Positions 45,235 to 54,243 of a stretch of DNA of 64,000 nt are shown in pieces. The translations under genes and the position numbers were made by a program. The notes under the pieces are model-generated. The model worked only from the letters and a program-made list of their open reading frames with translations. It made no database searches and had not been told where the DNA came from. Position 1 is the first letter of the stretch. Every line of letters starts with the position of its first letter. The stretch lies in the NCBI GenBank assembly GCA_000002435.2, contig CM018793.1. One strand, given 5' to 3'. The stretch is from Giardia intestinalis (Eukaryota).

Positions 45235-46713
45235 ATGAATGTTGAGCCTAGCAGGGCCTCAACTGCTTCATATGTGCGTCTAGTAAAACTATATACCCGT
45301 AGCCTTGAAAGGTGTGCCAAAATAGGAAGTATGTTTCCATCTGCTACGATAGTTTCTATGTGCCTGAAATGTGCTAAAATACTCGAAACTCTCAAATTAT
45401 CACATTCCGGACATACACCGGCTTCTTTTTGTGAGGCCCACACGGTGGACGATGCCTGCGGTGTCCAAGATTCATATGCAGTTGCCAGGCCTTTATATGA
45501 TTTTCTATTCAAGTTGTTAGAGATTGCATCTCAGGTGAGCGATAGTGAACATGCAAGAATGCAATTGAAGGGTATATTAGATAACAGGGAAAACAGATCA
45601 GCATCAGAAATTAGAGACAATCTGCAGCGTATATTATCCTTACCTCAACAGCCATGTGCGCCTCCTACAGAGGCGATATGCATTGCATTATTGGCTACTA
45701 AAGATATCAATCAAATGGCTTTTCAAATTGAACAGAATTTCGATCAACAAATGGCAGACCTCTATACACTGATGCGCGCCGGCAAGGCCACCTCTACTGA
45801 GGTTGAGGACTTTCTTAATGGAGAACGCAACCACTCTAATTTCCGGTTTTATATACTTTTATGCACGTACATAAGCACGGCGGGATTGACTGTCAAAATC
45901 AATCAACGAACCGGGACTTTGGTGCAGTGGAAGACCGCCCTGATTGATGCAGCAATCAATAATGACCCCGAACAGGTATACGCGCACCACGACAAGCTAT
46001 TTCAACAGAGCCAAGAGTGGATAGATCTGGCTGCCAATGGGGGGTCACACAAAGATCATGTCAAGCTGTCGTCTTTCAATTTAACTGCCTTGATGGCCGC
46101 TGCGTGGTATGGTCACATCGAGTGTGTAAAGCTTCTCTTGGCGGAAATGGGCCTGCAGGACAAGCTGGGGTATACCGCGCTAATGATGGCTGCACAGAAT
46201 GGAAGCGTAGACGCAGCCCTACTCCTTCTGGCAGAGGCAGGGTTTTCTGATGAGTCTGGGTTTACGGCACTGATGGCTGCTGCCTCCAACGGGCACACAG
46301 AGATTGTAGCTATGCTGGCAAGCAGGGAGTCTCGCATGCAAAACAAGGATGGGTCGACCGCCCTAATGCTAGCAACATCCAGGAACAATATCGACGCAGC
46401 ACGGATTCTTGCAGAATATGAGGCAGGGATGTGTGATAACGACGGCATGACTGCTCTGATGATAGCATCTGCTAATGGCTGTCTCCAAATTGTCGGGCTC
46501 TTATACCCAAAAGAAATAGGGCATCGTGACAAGTCTGGCTGGACAGCAATGATATGGGCTGCCCAGCGATGTGCATATTGGTGTATGAAGCTCCTTCTCC
46601 CTTATGAAGGAGAGATCAAGGATAACACGGGAAAGAGCCCAATGGATCATGTAATATGTTCCTCTCATGGAAAGCCTTTAGACAAACAACGGTGTCTTTT
46701 TCTTCTCGTCTAA
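45235..46713 (+). CDS. ankyrin-repeat protein of the Giardia 'protein 21.1' type
   Basis: The ATG at 45235 (MNVEPS...) carries the initiator 'ggaattaaaaagtattcctttaATG'. The upstream ATG at 45187 would overlap the divergent gene. Six or more ankyrin units carry TALM: LTALMAAAWYGH, GYTALMMAAQNGS, GFTALMAAASNGH, GSTALMLATS, GMTALMIASANG, GWTAMIWAAQ. Confidence 0.65.
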   Translation: MNVEPSRASTASYVRLVKLYTRSLERCAKIGSMFPSATIVSMCLKCAKILETLKLSHSGHTPASFCEAHTVDDACGVQDSYAVARPLYDFLFKLLEIASQVSDSEHARMQLKGILDNRENRSASEIRDNLQRILSLPQQPCAPPTEAICIALLATKDINQMAFQIEQNFDQQMADLYTLMRAGKATSTEVEDFLNGERNHSNFRFYILLCTYISTAGLTVKINQRTGTLVQWKTALIDAAINNDPEQVYAHHDKLFQQSQEWIDLAANGGSHKDHVKLSSFNLTALMAAAWYGHIECVKLLLAEMGLQDKLGYTALMMAAQNGSVDAALLLLAEAGFSDESGFTALMAAASNGHTEIVAMLASRESRMQNKDGSTALMLATSRNNIDAARILAEYEAGMCDNDGMTALMIASANGCLQIVGLLYPKEIGHRDKSGWTAMIWAAQRCAYWCMKLLLPYEGEIKDNTGKSPMDHVICSSHGKPLDKQRCLFLLV

Positions 46714-46762
46714 GTGGATGATTTGCTGATAGCAACTTGCTTTTAGTTTCAAAAATTGATTC

Positions 46763-48097
46763 ATGGACAGAGAGAACATTCAGGCCCTTCGACAGTACAG
46801 GAAGTTCGCTGACTTGACAGACAGAGACCTGCAAATATTGAACTGGGACACGCGCAGCCAGTTGCTAGCAACGCTGATGGACGGCATCGCCCCCAGCTGC
46901 AAGCTTTGCAGGTTGTACTACTCTTGCTCACAGACTATATTGCCACGCAGACACCAAGCAGAACGGGGGGTATTCACCTATGAGGACTATATGGAGACGA
47001 TGAGCAGGGGCATTCTGGTCGAGCTACGTAAATTGAACTACAGCTTAGAGCACATCTCGCCGGAAATGGTGCGCAGCGGCTCTACAGAAGCATTCAACGA
47101 GATCGTGCAGATACTTCTTCGGCACTATAACCCAAATATGGAACCTCCCCCGGAGGCGACTTCTAAACGACCAAAACGGCCCCAGGCTGAGACTGTACAC
47201 CCTCATGACCATATTTTCTCCGGGGCAGCATACGAGGCTAATGGAGAAGCAGAATCGTGCAACAACCCAGGGCTGGATGCTCCTGATGCTGTGGAGGAAG
47301 AGCTTCAGGAGCCGAAACAAAGGCCTTCAGAGCGTAGGCTAGGAAGACAGAAATCTACACAATCACGACAAGGCACGGCTTCGTCTTTTGGCCGCCCTGT
47401 TTCCTCAGCTTCTGGTGGGAAAAAGCTCACGGCATTAACCCAACAATTTGAGGCCGTAACTCGGGCGATTATGCTAGATCTTCCCACGGAGTTCAAGAAT
47501 TGCCTCCAACATTTGCCGCTACCGTATGACCTCAGTCAAGAAGAGATAGAAGGTAGGCGTCTCATGTACGTGAGTGCGCGGCGCCTCTGCATGCTGAAGG
47601 CTCAGATAGCATGTCTGGAGGTGTCTCTTCAAAGCTACAAGAAGGGCCTTACCGAGCACAGAGAGCGAATGGATAATGTACTGTCCGCAACGGATAATCT
47701 GGAAGCGGCGTGTCGTAAAGCCCTTCGAGAAGCAGGCACCAATGGGTCACTAACCAATGACCTAACGGTTGTCTTGAACAGCTGTCGACACCTGCGGGAT
47801 ACAGCAGAACCGGAGACATTAGATGTAGACTTTTCACTGATCAAAAGACAGCAGTCGCTCCCTGCAGTCCAGGAGCTTGAAGAGCAGGTGGTGCGCCTCT
47901 CTGCTGATGTTAGAGCAATGATAGAGCCTGTGCGCACTCTCTTTACCAAGGACTTTGGGCTGGAGCTGAGCCCCCAGAAAGCGAATTTGTATGAGCAATT
48001 CCACTCGGCTCTAACACTTTTAGAATATACTACTGTTCGCTTGATTGGGGAGCGCAGCAACGTTGCGACCATAGACGACACCCTTGCCAAAAAATAA
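46763..48097 (+). CDS. hypothetical protein (444 aa)
   Basis: ATG at 46763 preceded by 'ttttagtttcaaaaattgattcATG'. No motif recognised. Confidence 0.4.
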   Translation: MDRENIQALRQYRKFADLTDRDLQILNWDTRSQLLATLMDGIAPSCKLCRLYYSCSQTILPRRHQAERGVFTYEDYMETMSRGILVELRKLNYSLEHISPEMVRSGSTEAFNEIVQILLRHYNPNMEPPPEATSKRPKRPQAETVHPHDHIFSGAAYEANGEAESCNNPGLDAPDAVEEELQEPKQRPSERRLGRQKSTQSRQGTASSFGRPVSSASGGKKLTALTQQFEAVTRAIMLDLPTEFKNCLQHLPLPYDLSQEEIEGRRLMYVSARRLCMLKAQIACLEVSLQSYKKGLTEHRERMDNVLSATDNLEAACRKALREAGTNGSLTNDLTVVLNSCRHLRDTAEPETLDVDFSLIKRQQSLPAVQELEEQVVRLSADVRAMIEPVRTLFTKDFGLELSPQKANLYEQFHSALTLLEYTTVRLIGERSNVATIDDTLAKK

Positions 48098-48125
48098 GGA
48101 CGCCTCTGAATTAAAAAACTGCGGC

Positions 48126-49337
48126 ATGAATGTTCGGACTGTGGAGGACTGGTTCGCCGCTGTGGCCTCGGGAGATCAGCCTCTTGTGGCGGGCTATAGT
48201 CCACGATTTAAAAAGTCAGTTAATGAGAACGGTATGACGGCCCTTATGGTTGCAGCACAGACAGGAAACACAGAGCTTGCAGCCATTCTTCTTAAGGACG
48301 AGCAACAGATAAAGGACAGTCAAGGTCGCACGGCATTGATATATGCCATCCAAAGTGGTCAGTCGCAGCTCTGCCGACTCCTAGCCACCCGTGAACTGGA
48401 TACGAGCAACTTAAAGAGCCAGTCTCCATTTTCGGTGGCAATTCAGAACGATGCTCACGATTGCCTTGAAGCCATGCTGCAGGCTGTTGGACCCGTTAAG
48501 GTAGTGGATAACCCCTTGCTGACTGCGACGTCCGTGGGGTGTCTTCGCTGCCTCAGGATCTTGCTAGAGTATGGCCAGTGTTTCGAGATGAGCGAGTTTG
48601 ACGAGGCACTCGCTCGAGCAGAGGAGCTGGGTCTTGCGGAGCTTTGTACCGAGCTGGTGAGTTGGAAGCACGAAATCACAGACATAATAGCGATCGCAAA
48701 CAAAGCCCCTCAGATTTCGAAGGAGAAATTTCACAATACTATCGATACGTCTACCAGAGCACTAGTGGAGAGCCATTTTGTCGATATCTCCGAGGTAAAG
48801 CATGATCTCAATGAGCGGATAGCTCATCTGCTCGCAGAGAACAAGGAGCTGCGGGCTATGTTGAAGAACTTAGAAGCTAACAACAAAGTACTGCGCGCTG
48901 AGTTGGCCGACGTGCGGACTCAGCAGGAGGACCAGATAGATGGCTACAACCTTGGTGTAGAGGACCCTTGCCTACAACCGCACGGCAACGGCACGACACT
49001 TCTCAGCACTGATTTTCCCAACACCAGTTTACAGCCCCCTGTGGATCTTCTCGATGAGGTTCTACCATTCGACGTCACTGAGACGGTCACCCCTTCCATG
49101 ATCCAAGCCGCACGAAATTTCACGCTGAAAACCAATCCGTATCTACTTTCTCGAAGGCTATTTGGGGAGCAGAGCGCGTGTGACCAATCTTACTCGACGG
49201 CTTTTTTGGCCGAGCAGCACAGCATCCCAGAAGACGGTGACAGAAAGAATACAGGGACGGGGCAAGCACACTATAAAGGATCAGCCTATCATCGTAACGC
49301 AGGAAATAAACGCAGGAAGGCACACCACACTAAGTAG
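48126..49337 (+). CDS. ankyrin-repeat (21.1-type) protein with a C-terminal coiled coil
   Basis: The ORF track begins at a TTG (48084) inside the upstream gene's stop region. The first ATG is at 48126, with 'gaattaaaaaactgcggcATG'. Ankyrin units GMTALMVAAQTGN and GRTALIYAIQSGQ. Heptad segment 'LNERIAHLLAENKELRAMLKNLEANNKVLRAELADV'. Confidence 0.55.
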   Translation: MNVRTVEDWFAAVASGDQPLVAGYSPRFKKSVNENGMTALMVAAQTGNTELAAILLKDEQQIKDSQGRTALIYAIQSGQSQLCRLLATRELDTSNLKSQSPFSVAIQNDAHDCLEAMLQAVGPVKVVDNPLLTATSVGCLRCLRILLEYGQCFEMSEFDEALARAEELGLAELCTELVSWKHEITDIIAIANKAPQISKEKFHNTIDTSTRALVESHFVDISEVKHDLNERIAHLLAENKELRAMLKNLEANNKVLRAELADVRTQQEDQIDGYNLGVEDPCLQPHGNGTTLLSTDFPNTSLQPPVDLLDEVLPFDVTETVTPSMIQAARNFTLKTNPYLLSRRLFGEQSACDQSYSTAFLAEQHSIPEDGDRKNTGTGQAHYKGSAYHRNAGNKRRKAHHTK

Positions 49338-49360
49338 CTCTTTGTTGTTTGGGTTAGATT

Positions 49361-51184
49361 TCAGTTAGATTGATTAGGATGATACTCACTGCCATTTGGA
49401 CATTTTTCTTCTACTTCTGGTGCCAAGTTCAGTATGTTTATAATGAAAGACGATAGGTTATAGATTGTGGCGAGGGCCATGCAGGTACCGAACACGGCAT
49501 ATCGCCACTTGGGCAGCGCAATGTCTGGAAGCCGTCTCCTTCCAGGGCCCTTGCGAATACGTTTCCTGAGACTGGTCTGTTTGCCCTTAGAAGACGACTT
49601 CTCAGGCGCGGCGTCGACTGTAGAACTATTCGCCATGTACGATGACTCATTGCAGGTCACGGTCATCTCGGTGAGCTCTGTCCCTGTAGCATTAAGGTTC
49701 TTGACGTCCCTGTCGTCGAAGTCTTCTGTAGGCTTTCCCATGGCGCGAATCCGCGGCATGTACATGATGACCATGAGGGGTGCGATCCACGTCACGAAAA
49801 TGCCGAAGATCGATGCTGCATAGTTAAATATCTCTCCGATGTTGGGGTATAACATGGCTACGCCCATGCACAGCAATGTTACACCAAAGCCAACGGAGTA
49901 AAATACAATTGTGTCTGTTCTCCCGTTCATCTTGTTGTATGGAATCCACCGCATTATGGAGGCCCGGACAGGGAGAAGGATGATGGGATACGAGACGATG
50001 ACAACGCATGACATCGCCACTCGGATGGCAGAAATGATTTTTTCTTCGTTCCCAGGCTTAAATGTGTTTAGAATGTTGTCCTTTGGCCTGGTAAACATAG
50101 TGCTGCCAACAATTCCCATAACCAGGTTTATGATTGTGGTTATAGGTACGGATATCATGATTGCAAGCTCCATAATCCTTTTGCGCGCTGTCATCGATTG
50201 GCCGCGCATCTCTGCAAACATTGGAGGGATAGAGGAGTGGACCAAATACAGTGTAATAGGGAACGCAGCATATATCATAAAGTGTAGAGAACTCGGCGGG
50301 TAGGGTTTTACGTGTATCAAACACTTTTCAGTTCCTATAACAGGGGTCCTACTCTTCACATGACTACAAAGTAGCACAACTAGGGTCACCGTGGTGAAGA
50401 GGACCATGATGGTGGCGACAATGCTAACATAGTTCAGAAAGTTCAGGCCACGGAAGCATATTAACGGCACTATTATAATGGTAACAATTACAACCGCTAT
50501 GTAGTGTTGGTGACATTGCGGAGCATACTTCCTTGCATAACACGTGTCGTAGTCGTACCCTATTTGGCCTCCAAACGACGTTATGAACCCGAGTGAGTAC
50601 TGAGAGGCGATGACGATGTATCCAATCAGATAAGACGATAGAATAAGGGTGTTAGCGACGTCGATGATGGTCGCAAAGACTGGCCCGAAAATAAAAATAA
50701 ATAGTTCCCTAAATGTTCTACTTTTTGTGTAGTATACAGCCTCGTTGATGGCTATAAAGCTAAAGTAAATTATAACAGCAGATCCTATGAGAATGATTGT
50801 CGCGCCGATCAGGCCCATACTGTAAAATGTGTCTCCCAGCGCTAGCATGCCGGCGCCGATGACGCCGTTCACTATGGTCATAGCAGTGTTGAGCCCCATT
50901 GCACACATCTTCCCGCTGGAGAGATCCCCGGCCGGGGCCTTGAGTCCTGCTGCATCGCCGCTGAGCTTACTTCTTTTGGCAGCCTTCGGTTGAATGTCCC
51001 ACTGTTGTGCTCCAGCCTCCTCATCTGCAACGTTGACAACAGACAGCGGGGTGTGCTGTGCTGTGCTGGGAGACGAGCCCCGATAGGGTGTGGAAATCGA
51101 AGCAAACGCTTCTCCCGGCGGCACTGCAGGGTGTGCGCACTCAATCCCCATCTCATTGCCCGTTTCCGGAAACCTTTGCTCCAT
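49361..51184 (-). CDS. amino-acid transporter, AAAP/SLC38-like family (Aa_trans)
   Basis: A hydrophilic N-terminus of about 100 aa is followed by about 11 hydrophobic segments. The TM1 signature 'TAMTIVNGVIGAGMLALGDTF' matches the AAAP consensus (N..(i)G.G(i)L.LP.A). AT-rich initiator on the minus strand ('tgtgtaaaaaatttaaagtATG'). Confidence 0.65.
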   Translation of the reverse strand: MEQRFPETGNEMGIECAHPAVPPGEAFASISTPYRGSSPSTAQHTPLSVVNVADEEAGAQQWDIQPKAAKRSKLSGDAAGLKAPAGDLSSGKMCAMGLNTAMTIVNGVIGAGMLALGDTFYSMGLIGATIILIGSAVIIYFSFIAINEAVYYTKSRTFRELFIFIFGPVFATIIDVANTLILSSYLIGYIVIASQYSLGFITSFGGQIGYDYDTCYARKYAPQCHQHYIAVVIVTIIIVPLICFRGLNFLNYVSIVATIMVLFTTVTLVVLLCSHVKSRTPVIGTEKCLIHVKPYPPSSLHFMIYAAFPITLYLVHSSIPPMFAEMRGQSMTARKRIMELAIMISVPITTIINLVMGIVGSTMFTRPKDNILNTFKPGNEEKIISAIRVAMSCVVIVSYPIILLPVRASIMRWIPYNKMNGRTDTIVFYSVGFGVTLLCMGVAMLYPNIGEIFNYAASIFGIFVTWIAPLMVIMYMPRIRAMGKPTEDFDDRDVKNLNATGTELTEMTVTCNESSYMANSSTVDAAPEKSSSKGKQTSLRKRIRKGPGRRRLPDIALPKWRYAVFGTCMALATIYNLSSFIINILNLAPEVEEKCPNGSEYHPNQSN

Positions 51185-51904
51185 ACTTTAAATTTTTTAC
51201 ACAGGAGAATTTCGGTAGGTGTTGTACTAAGTTTGTCGGCTTGAAAATGTTTGTATGCTGGGTCGCTCCCTGCAACCAGGAAGACAGGAGTGCACCGCAC
51301 ATCTTGCCCATCTTGGTCATCTTCTCCTGATAGTTTCAGTGATCTACCTCAAGTAGATTGGCGAGCTACTGCTGCTATCGATGTATCAAGCTATCTAGTG
51401 GGTTGACACTTATGATGGCCTATCTTTAGACTATTTACATGATTATCATAACCCTAGTCATAGTCTAAACCAGAGTCTAAAAAAGTCAAAACATTACATG
51501 CATCCATTTCATCCCAAAGCAAAAGCTATCTCTCTGCCCTTGCCATCTTGACTACAGAGCAGCAGAACAGATAGCAAGTGGTAAGTCGTTCCTCACAGGC
51601 TAATCAAAGAGCACTTTTTTTTGAATTTTTTGAAATAGAATCTAACACGGATGCGTTTTAAAGGTGATCAAGATTGAAATTACTTTCATGTGTTTCACCT
51701 AAGACCTTCTGTACAGAGCAGCCAACCACTAGGAGGCAGCTTGTCAAAGTGTACACAGAGACTACGCTCGTTTTGACCGCCAGTTTACTCAGTGACTACA
51801 AGAAATGGTGTGGGGCCGGTCATCCTAAAGCTGTAGTCTACAGATCAGGAGTGAGGCTGTGAGGGCGAAAAGGCAGCTAACCAACAGGGTGTCAATCAGC
51901 CTAT

Positions 51905-54220
51905 CTACGGCTTCTGCTTGCGCTTGCTCTGCATTTCCTCCTCTGACTCATCAAAAGAGGAGTCATCATAGCTTGACTCTTGTTCAGAGGCTGCTCTTCG
52001 CTTGCTCTTCCTCCTGTTCTTTCGTTTATGTGCTTCCCGATCGAAGGAATCGTTATGTGCTATGCGTTGTTGGAGCCTAGAGACGTGAGAGGCTTCATTT
52101 GGAAACGTTGTACCGGAGTGTTCTTCACTAGCCGAAGTATATGACGACAGCTCGCTCTCATCGCTTTCGTCTTGAGCTGAATTGTTGGTGTGTTTCGCAC
52201 TGAAAGCGCCAGACGTAGATTGGCTCTCCTCGTCGCTACTTGTATTAAGAATCTTGTGGCGCCCAGCTTCTCGGGCAATTCGAGCAGCCTCCTCAATGGA
52301 CCCCTTTAATAACTTTCTCTCTATTTGCTTTTCCCGTTCTTGTTGAAGCTCCTCTTTTTCCTTGGAGCTGAGTACAGATGTGACAATCTTGGTGACCTTT
52401 AAGAGATCGTCTCTCTCCTCTTCATCGTCTGCATCAGTATGCTCGCCTTCTGGTTGGCGGATCCCTGTAGCTGATGCCATCTGCTGTTCTGATGCAGGGT
52501 GTTGCGTAGATATACCAGGCTGCTTTCCAACTGATAAATTAATATTGCTGGCCAATCCGTAGCTCAATGCTATATCTGTTAGGTTGAGTTCAGATGCCGG
52601 GGGAAACACCTCCCGATCACCTTGGACATGGATGGATTTAGCATATGAAACTATCGCTTTTTGTGCTAGGTGCTTTATGTATGTATCTGTGATGCAAAGC
52701 TCTGTAAGCTTCTGGCGTATGGACACGACGGTCCTTAGCTTCACCGTCTTCTTCTGATAGTCAATCTTTGCCTCGTCCAGCCTCTTCGTGAACCCCTGCT
52801 CCTGATCTGTTAGGAATAGAAGTGAGAAGCCAGGGAGGTTCATTCTTGCTGCACGACCTGCTCTGTGTGCGTAGGTGATCACACCATCTGGACAGTCGAA
52901 GTGCACCACCCAGTGAACAATAGGAAGGTCTACACCACGGGCACACATGTCTGTGGTTATAAGGGCAGCTGTGCGCATCCCAGAGAATTCGATAAAGGTA
53001 TCGTGGCGCTTCCCAGCCTTCATCCTTCCACTGAGGCACATGATAGGTATTCCTGGCTCACAGAGCTTAAAGCTTTCACAGAGAAAAGCTGCCTGGCGGG
53101 CTGTAGCAACGAAAATCACGATCTTGCTGTTGCTCTTGCTCTTTAGAAAGCTAAACAGAATGTCTATCTTGTCTGCCGGATGTACTGTCATGATGATGTT
53201 TGTCAAATTTGGAGGGAGCTTTATACCTCCCGTGTCTGGGCAAGAAGAGGTAACAAACTGTATGTTCTCTCCGTATGTATCTGATGTAATGTCTTTCTGT
53301 GAGATACCCGCTAACTGTGCCAGTGATATCCCATCAGCTTTGTAGAGATCTTTTCCTTTCGGCTTTTCTTTCAAATCGTCTGTCTCCTGCTGGACAAGCT
53401 GATCAAGATTTGCCACTGTCACTACTCCTGTATTCATATCAGCAATCTTCAACATGTGCTCTGCTATTCCAAAGTACTTTATTAATTTGATGATGGCCTT
53501 GCGCACAAGAGGCGTTTCTATTGCCGTAAAGAAGCCTAGCCAGAGCTGCTCGCTCTGCTGTGGTATGTACTTTATGATAGAAAAAATATCAGCATAGAAT
53601 CCCTTTTCAAGTAGGTTATCAACCTCGTCAAAGATCAGAACGCGAAGATTGTCAGCTGAAAACTGGATGCAAGAGGAAAGCTGGTGGAGAAGCCTGCCTG
53701 GAGTAGCTATTATGACATTCATAGACATGAGCACACGTTGCTCTTCCTTGACGTCGTGGCCGCCAGTGATGAGGCCGACAGACATTTTGTATTTTCGCCC
53801 GAGAACGTTGAGGACAGTGAAGGTCTGGACACAAAGCTCGGCTGTAGGAAGAAGAATGAGCGCGCCCAGGCCGTCTAGACGCTGCCATTGAAGGGATATA
53901 AGCCGCTGAAGTAAGGGTATCAGGAACGCTAGAGTCTTGCCACTACCCGTCCTGCTGAGCCCGAAAACGGCCACAGACTCTCCTGTAAACAGAGGAATAG
54001 TGTACCTTTGAATTGGGGTCATCGTCTTAAAACCGCTCTGGGCGAGGTTGTGCTTGAGGGTTTCGTCTATGTCTAGTGTTTGAAACGAATGTTCTTGAAC
54101 ATTCTCCTGTTTAGTATCCTCAGCAGGAGCCAAGAGCGACGGCCCCCTGCGATATGCGCGCCGCTTGTGAGTGGGCATAACTTGAATTATTTTCTGGAAA
54201 GACCCCAACTGGTGCTGCAT
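51905..54220 (-). CDS. DEAD-box (DEVD variant) ATP-dependent RNA helicase with a basic/acidic C-terminal extension, probably a ribosome-biogenesis helicase
   Basis: The ORF track starts at a GTG (54400), overlapping the dynein 3' end. In-frame ATGs lie at 54220 and 54178. Q motif 'FKTMTPIQ'. Motif I 'TGSGKTLAF'. Motif Ia 'PTAELC'. Motif II 'DEVD'. Motif III-like 'FTAIETP'. Motif V 'ARGVD'. Motif VI 'HRAGRAAR'. K/E/S-rich C-terminal tail. Confidence 0.75.
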   Translation of the reverse strand: MQHQLGSFQKIIQVMPTHKRRAYRRGPSLLAPAEDTKQENVQEHSFQTLDIDETLKHNLAQSGFKTMTPIQRYTIPLFTGESVAVFGLSRTGSGKTLAFLIPLLQRLISLQWQRLDGLGALILLPTAELCVQTFTVLNVLGRKYKMSVGLITGGHDVKEEQRVLMSMNVIIATPGRLLHQLSSCIQFSADNLRVLIFDEVDNLLEKGFYADIFSIIKYIPQQSEQLWLGFFTAIETPLVRKAIIKLIKYFGIAEHMLKIADMNTGVVTVANLDQLVQQETDDLKEKPKGKDLYKADGISLAQLAGISQKDITSDTYGENIQFVTSSCPDTGGIKLPPNLTNIIMTVHPADKIDILFSFLKSKSNSKIVIFVATARQAAFLCESFKLCEPGIPIMCLSGRMKAGKRHDTFIEFSGMRTAALITTDMCARGVDLPIVHWVVHFDCPDGVITYAHRAGRAARMNLPGFSLLFLTDQEQGFTKRLDEAKIDYQKKTVKLRTVVSIRQKLTELCITDTYIKHLAQKAIVSYAKSIHVQGDREVFPPASELNLTDIALSYGLASNINLSVGKQPGISTQHPASEQQMASATGIRQPEGEHTDADDEEERDDLLKVTKIVTSVLSSKEKEELQQEREKQIERKLLKGSIEEAARIAREAGRHKILNTSSDEESQSTSGAFSAKHTNNSAQDESDESELSSYTSASEEHSGTTFPNEASHVSRLQQRIAHNDSFDREAHKRKNRRKSKRRAASEQESSYDDSSFDESEEEMQSKRKQKP

Positions 54221-54226
54221 ACAAAA

Positions 54227-54233
54227 GTTCACT
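54227..54233 (-). promoter_or_regulatory. AGTGAAC polyadenylation signal of the dynein gene, 8 nt after its TGA and 7 nt before the helicase ATG
   Basis: The minus strand reads 'TGA tttcattatcAGTGAACttttgt ATG'. Confidence 0.5.
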
Positions 54234-54243
54234 GATAATGAAA

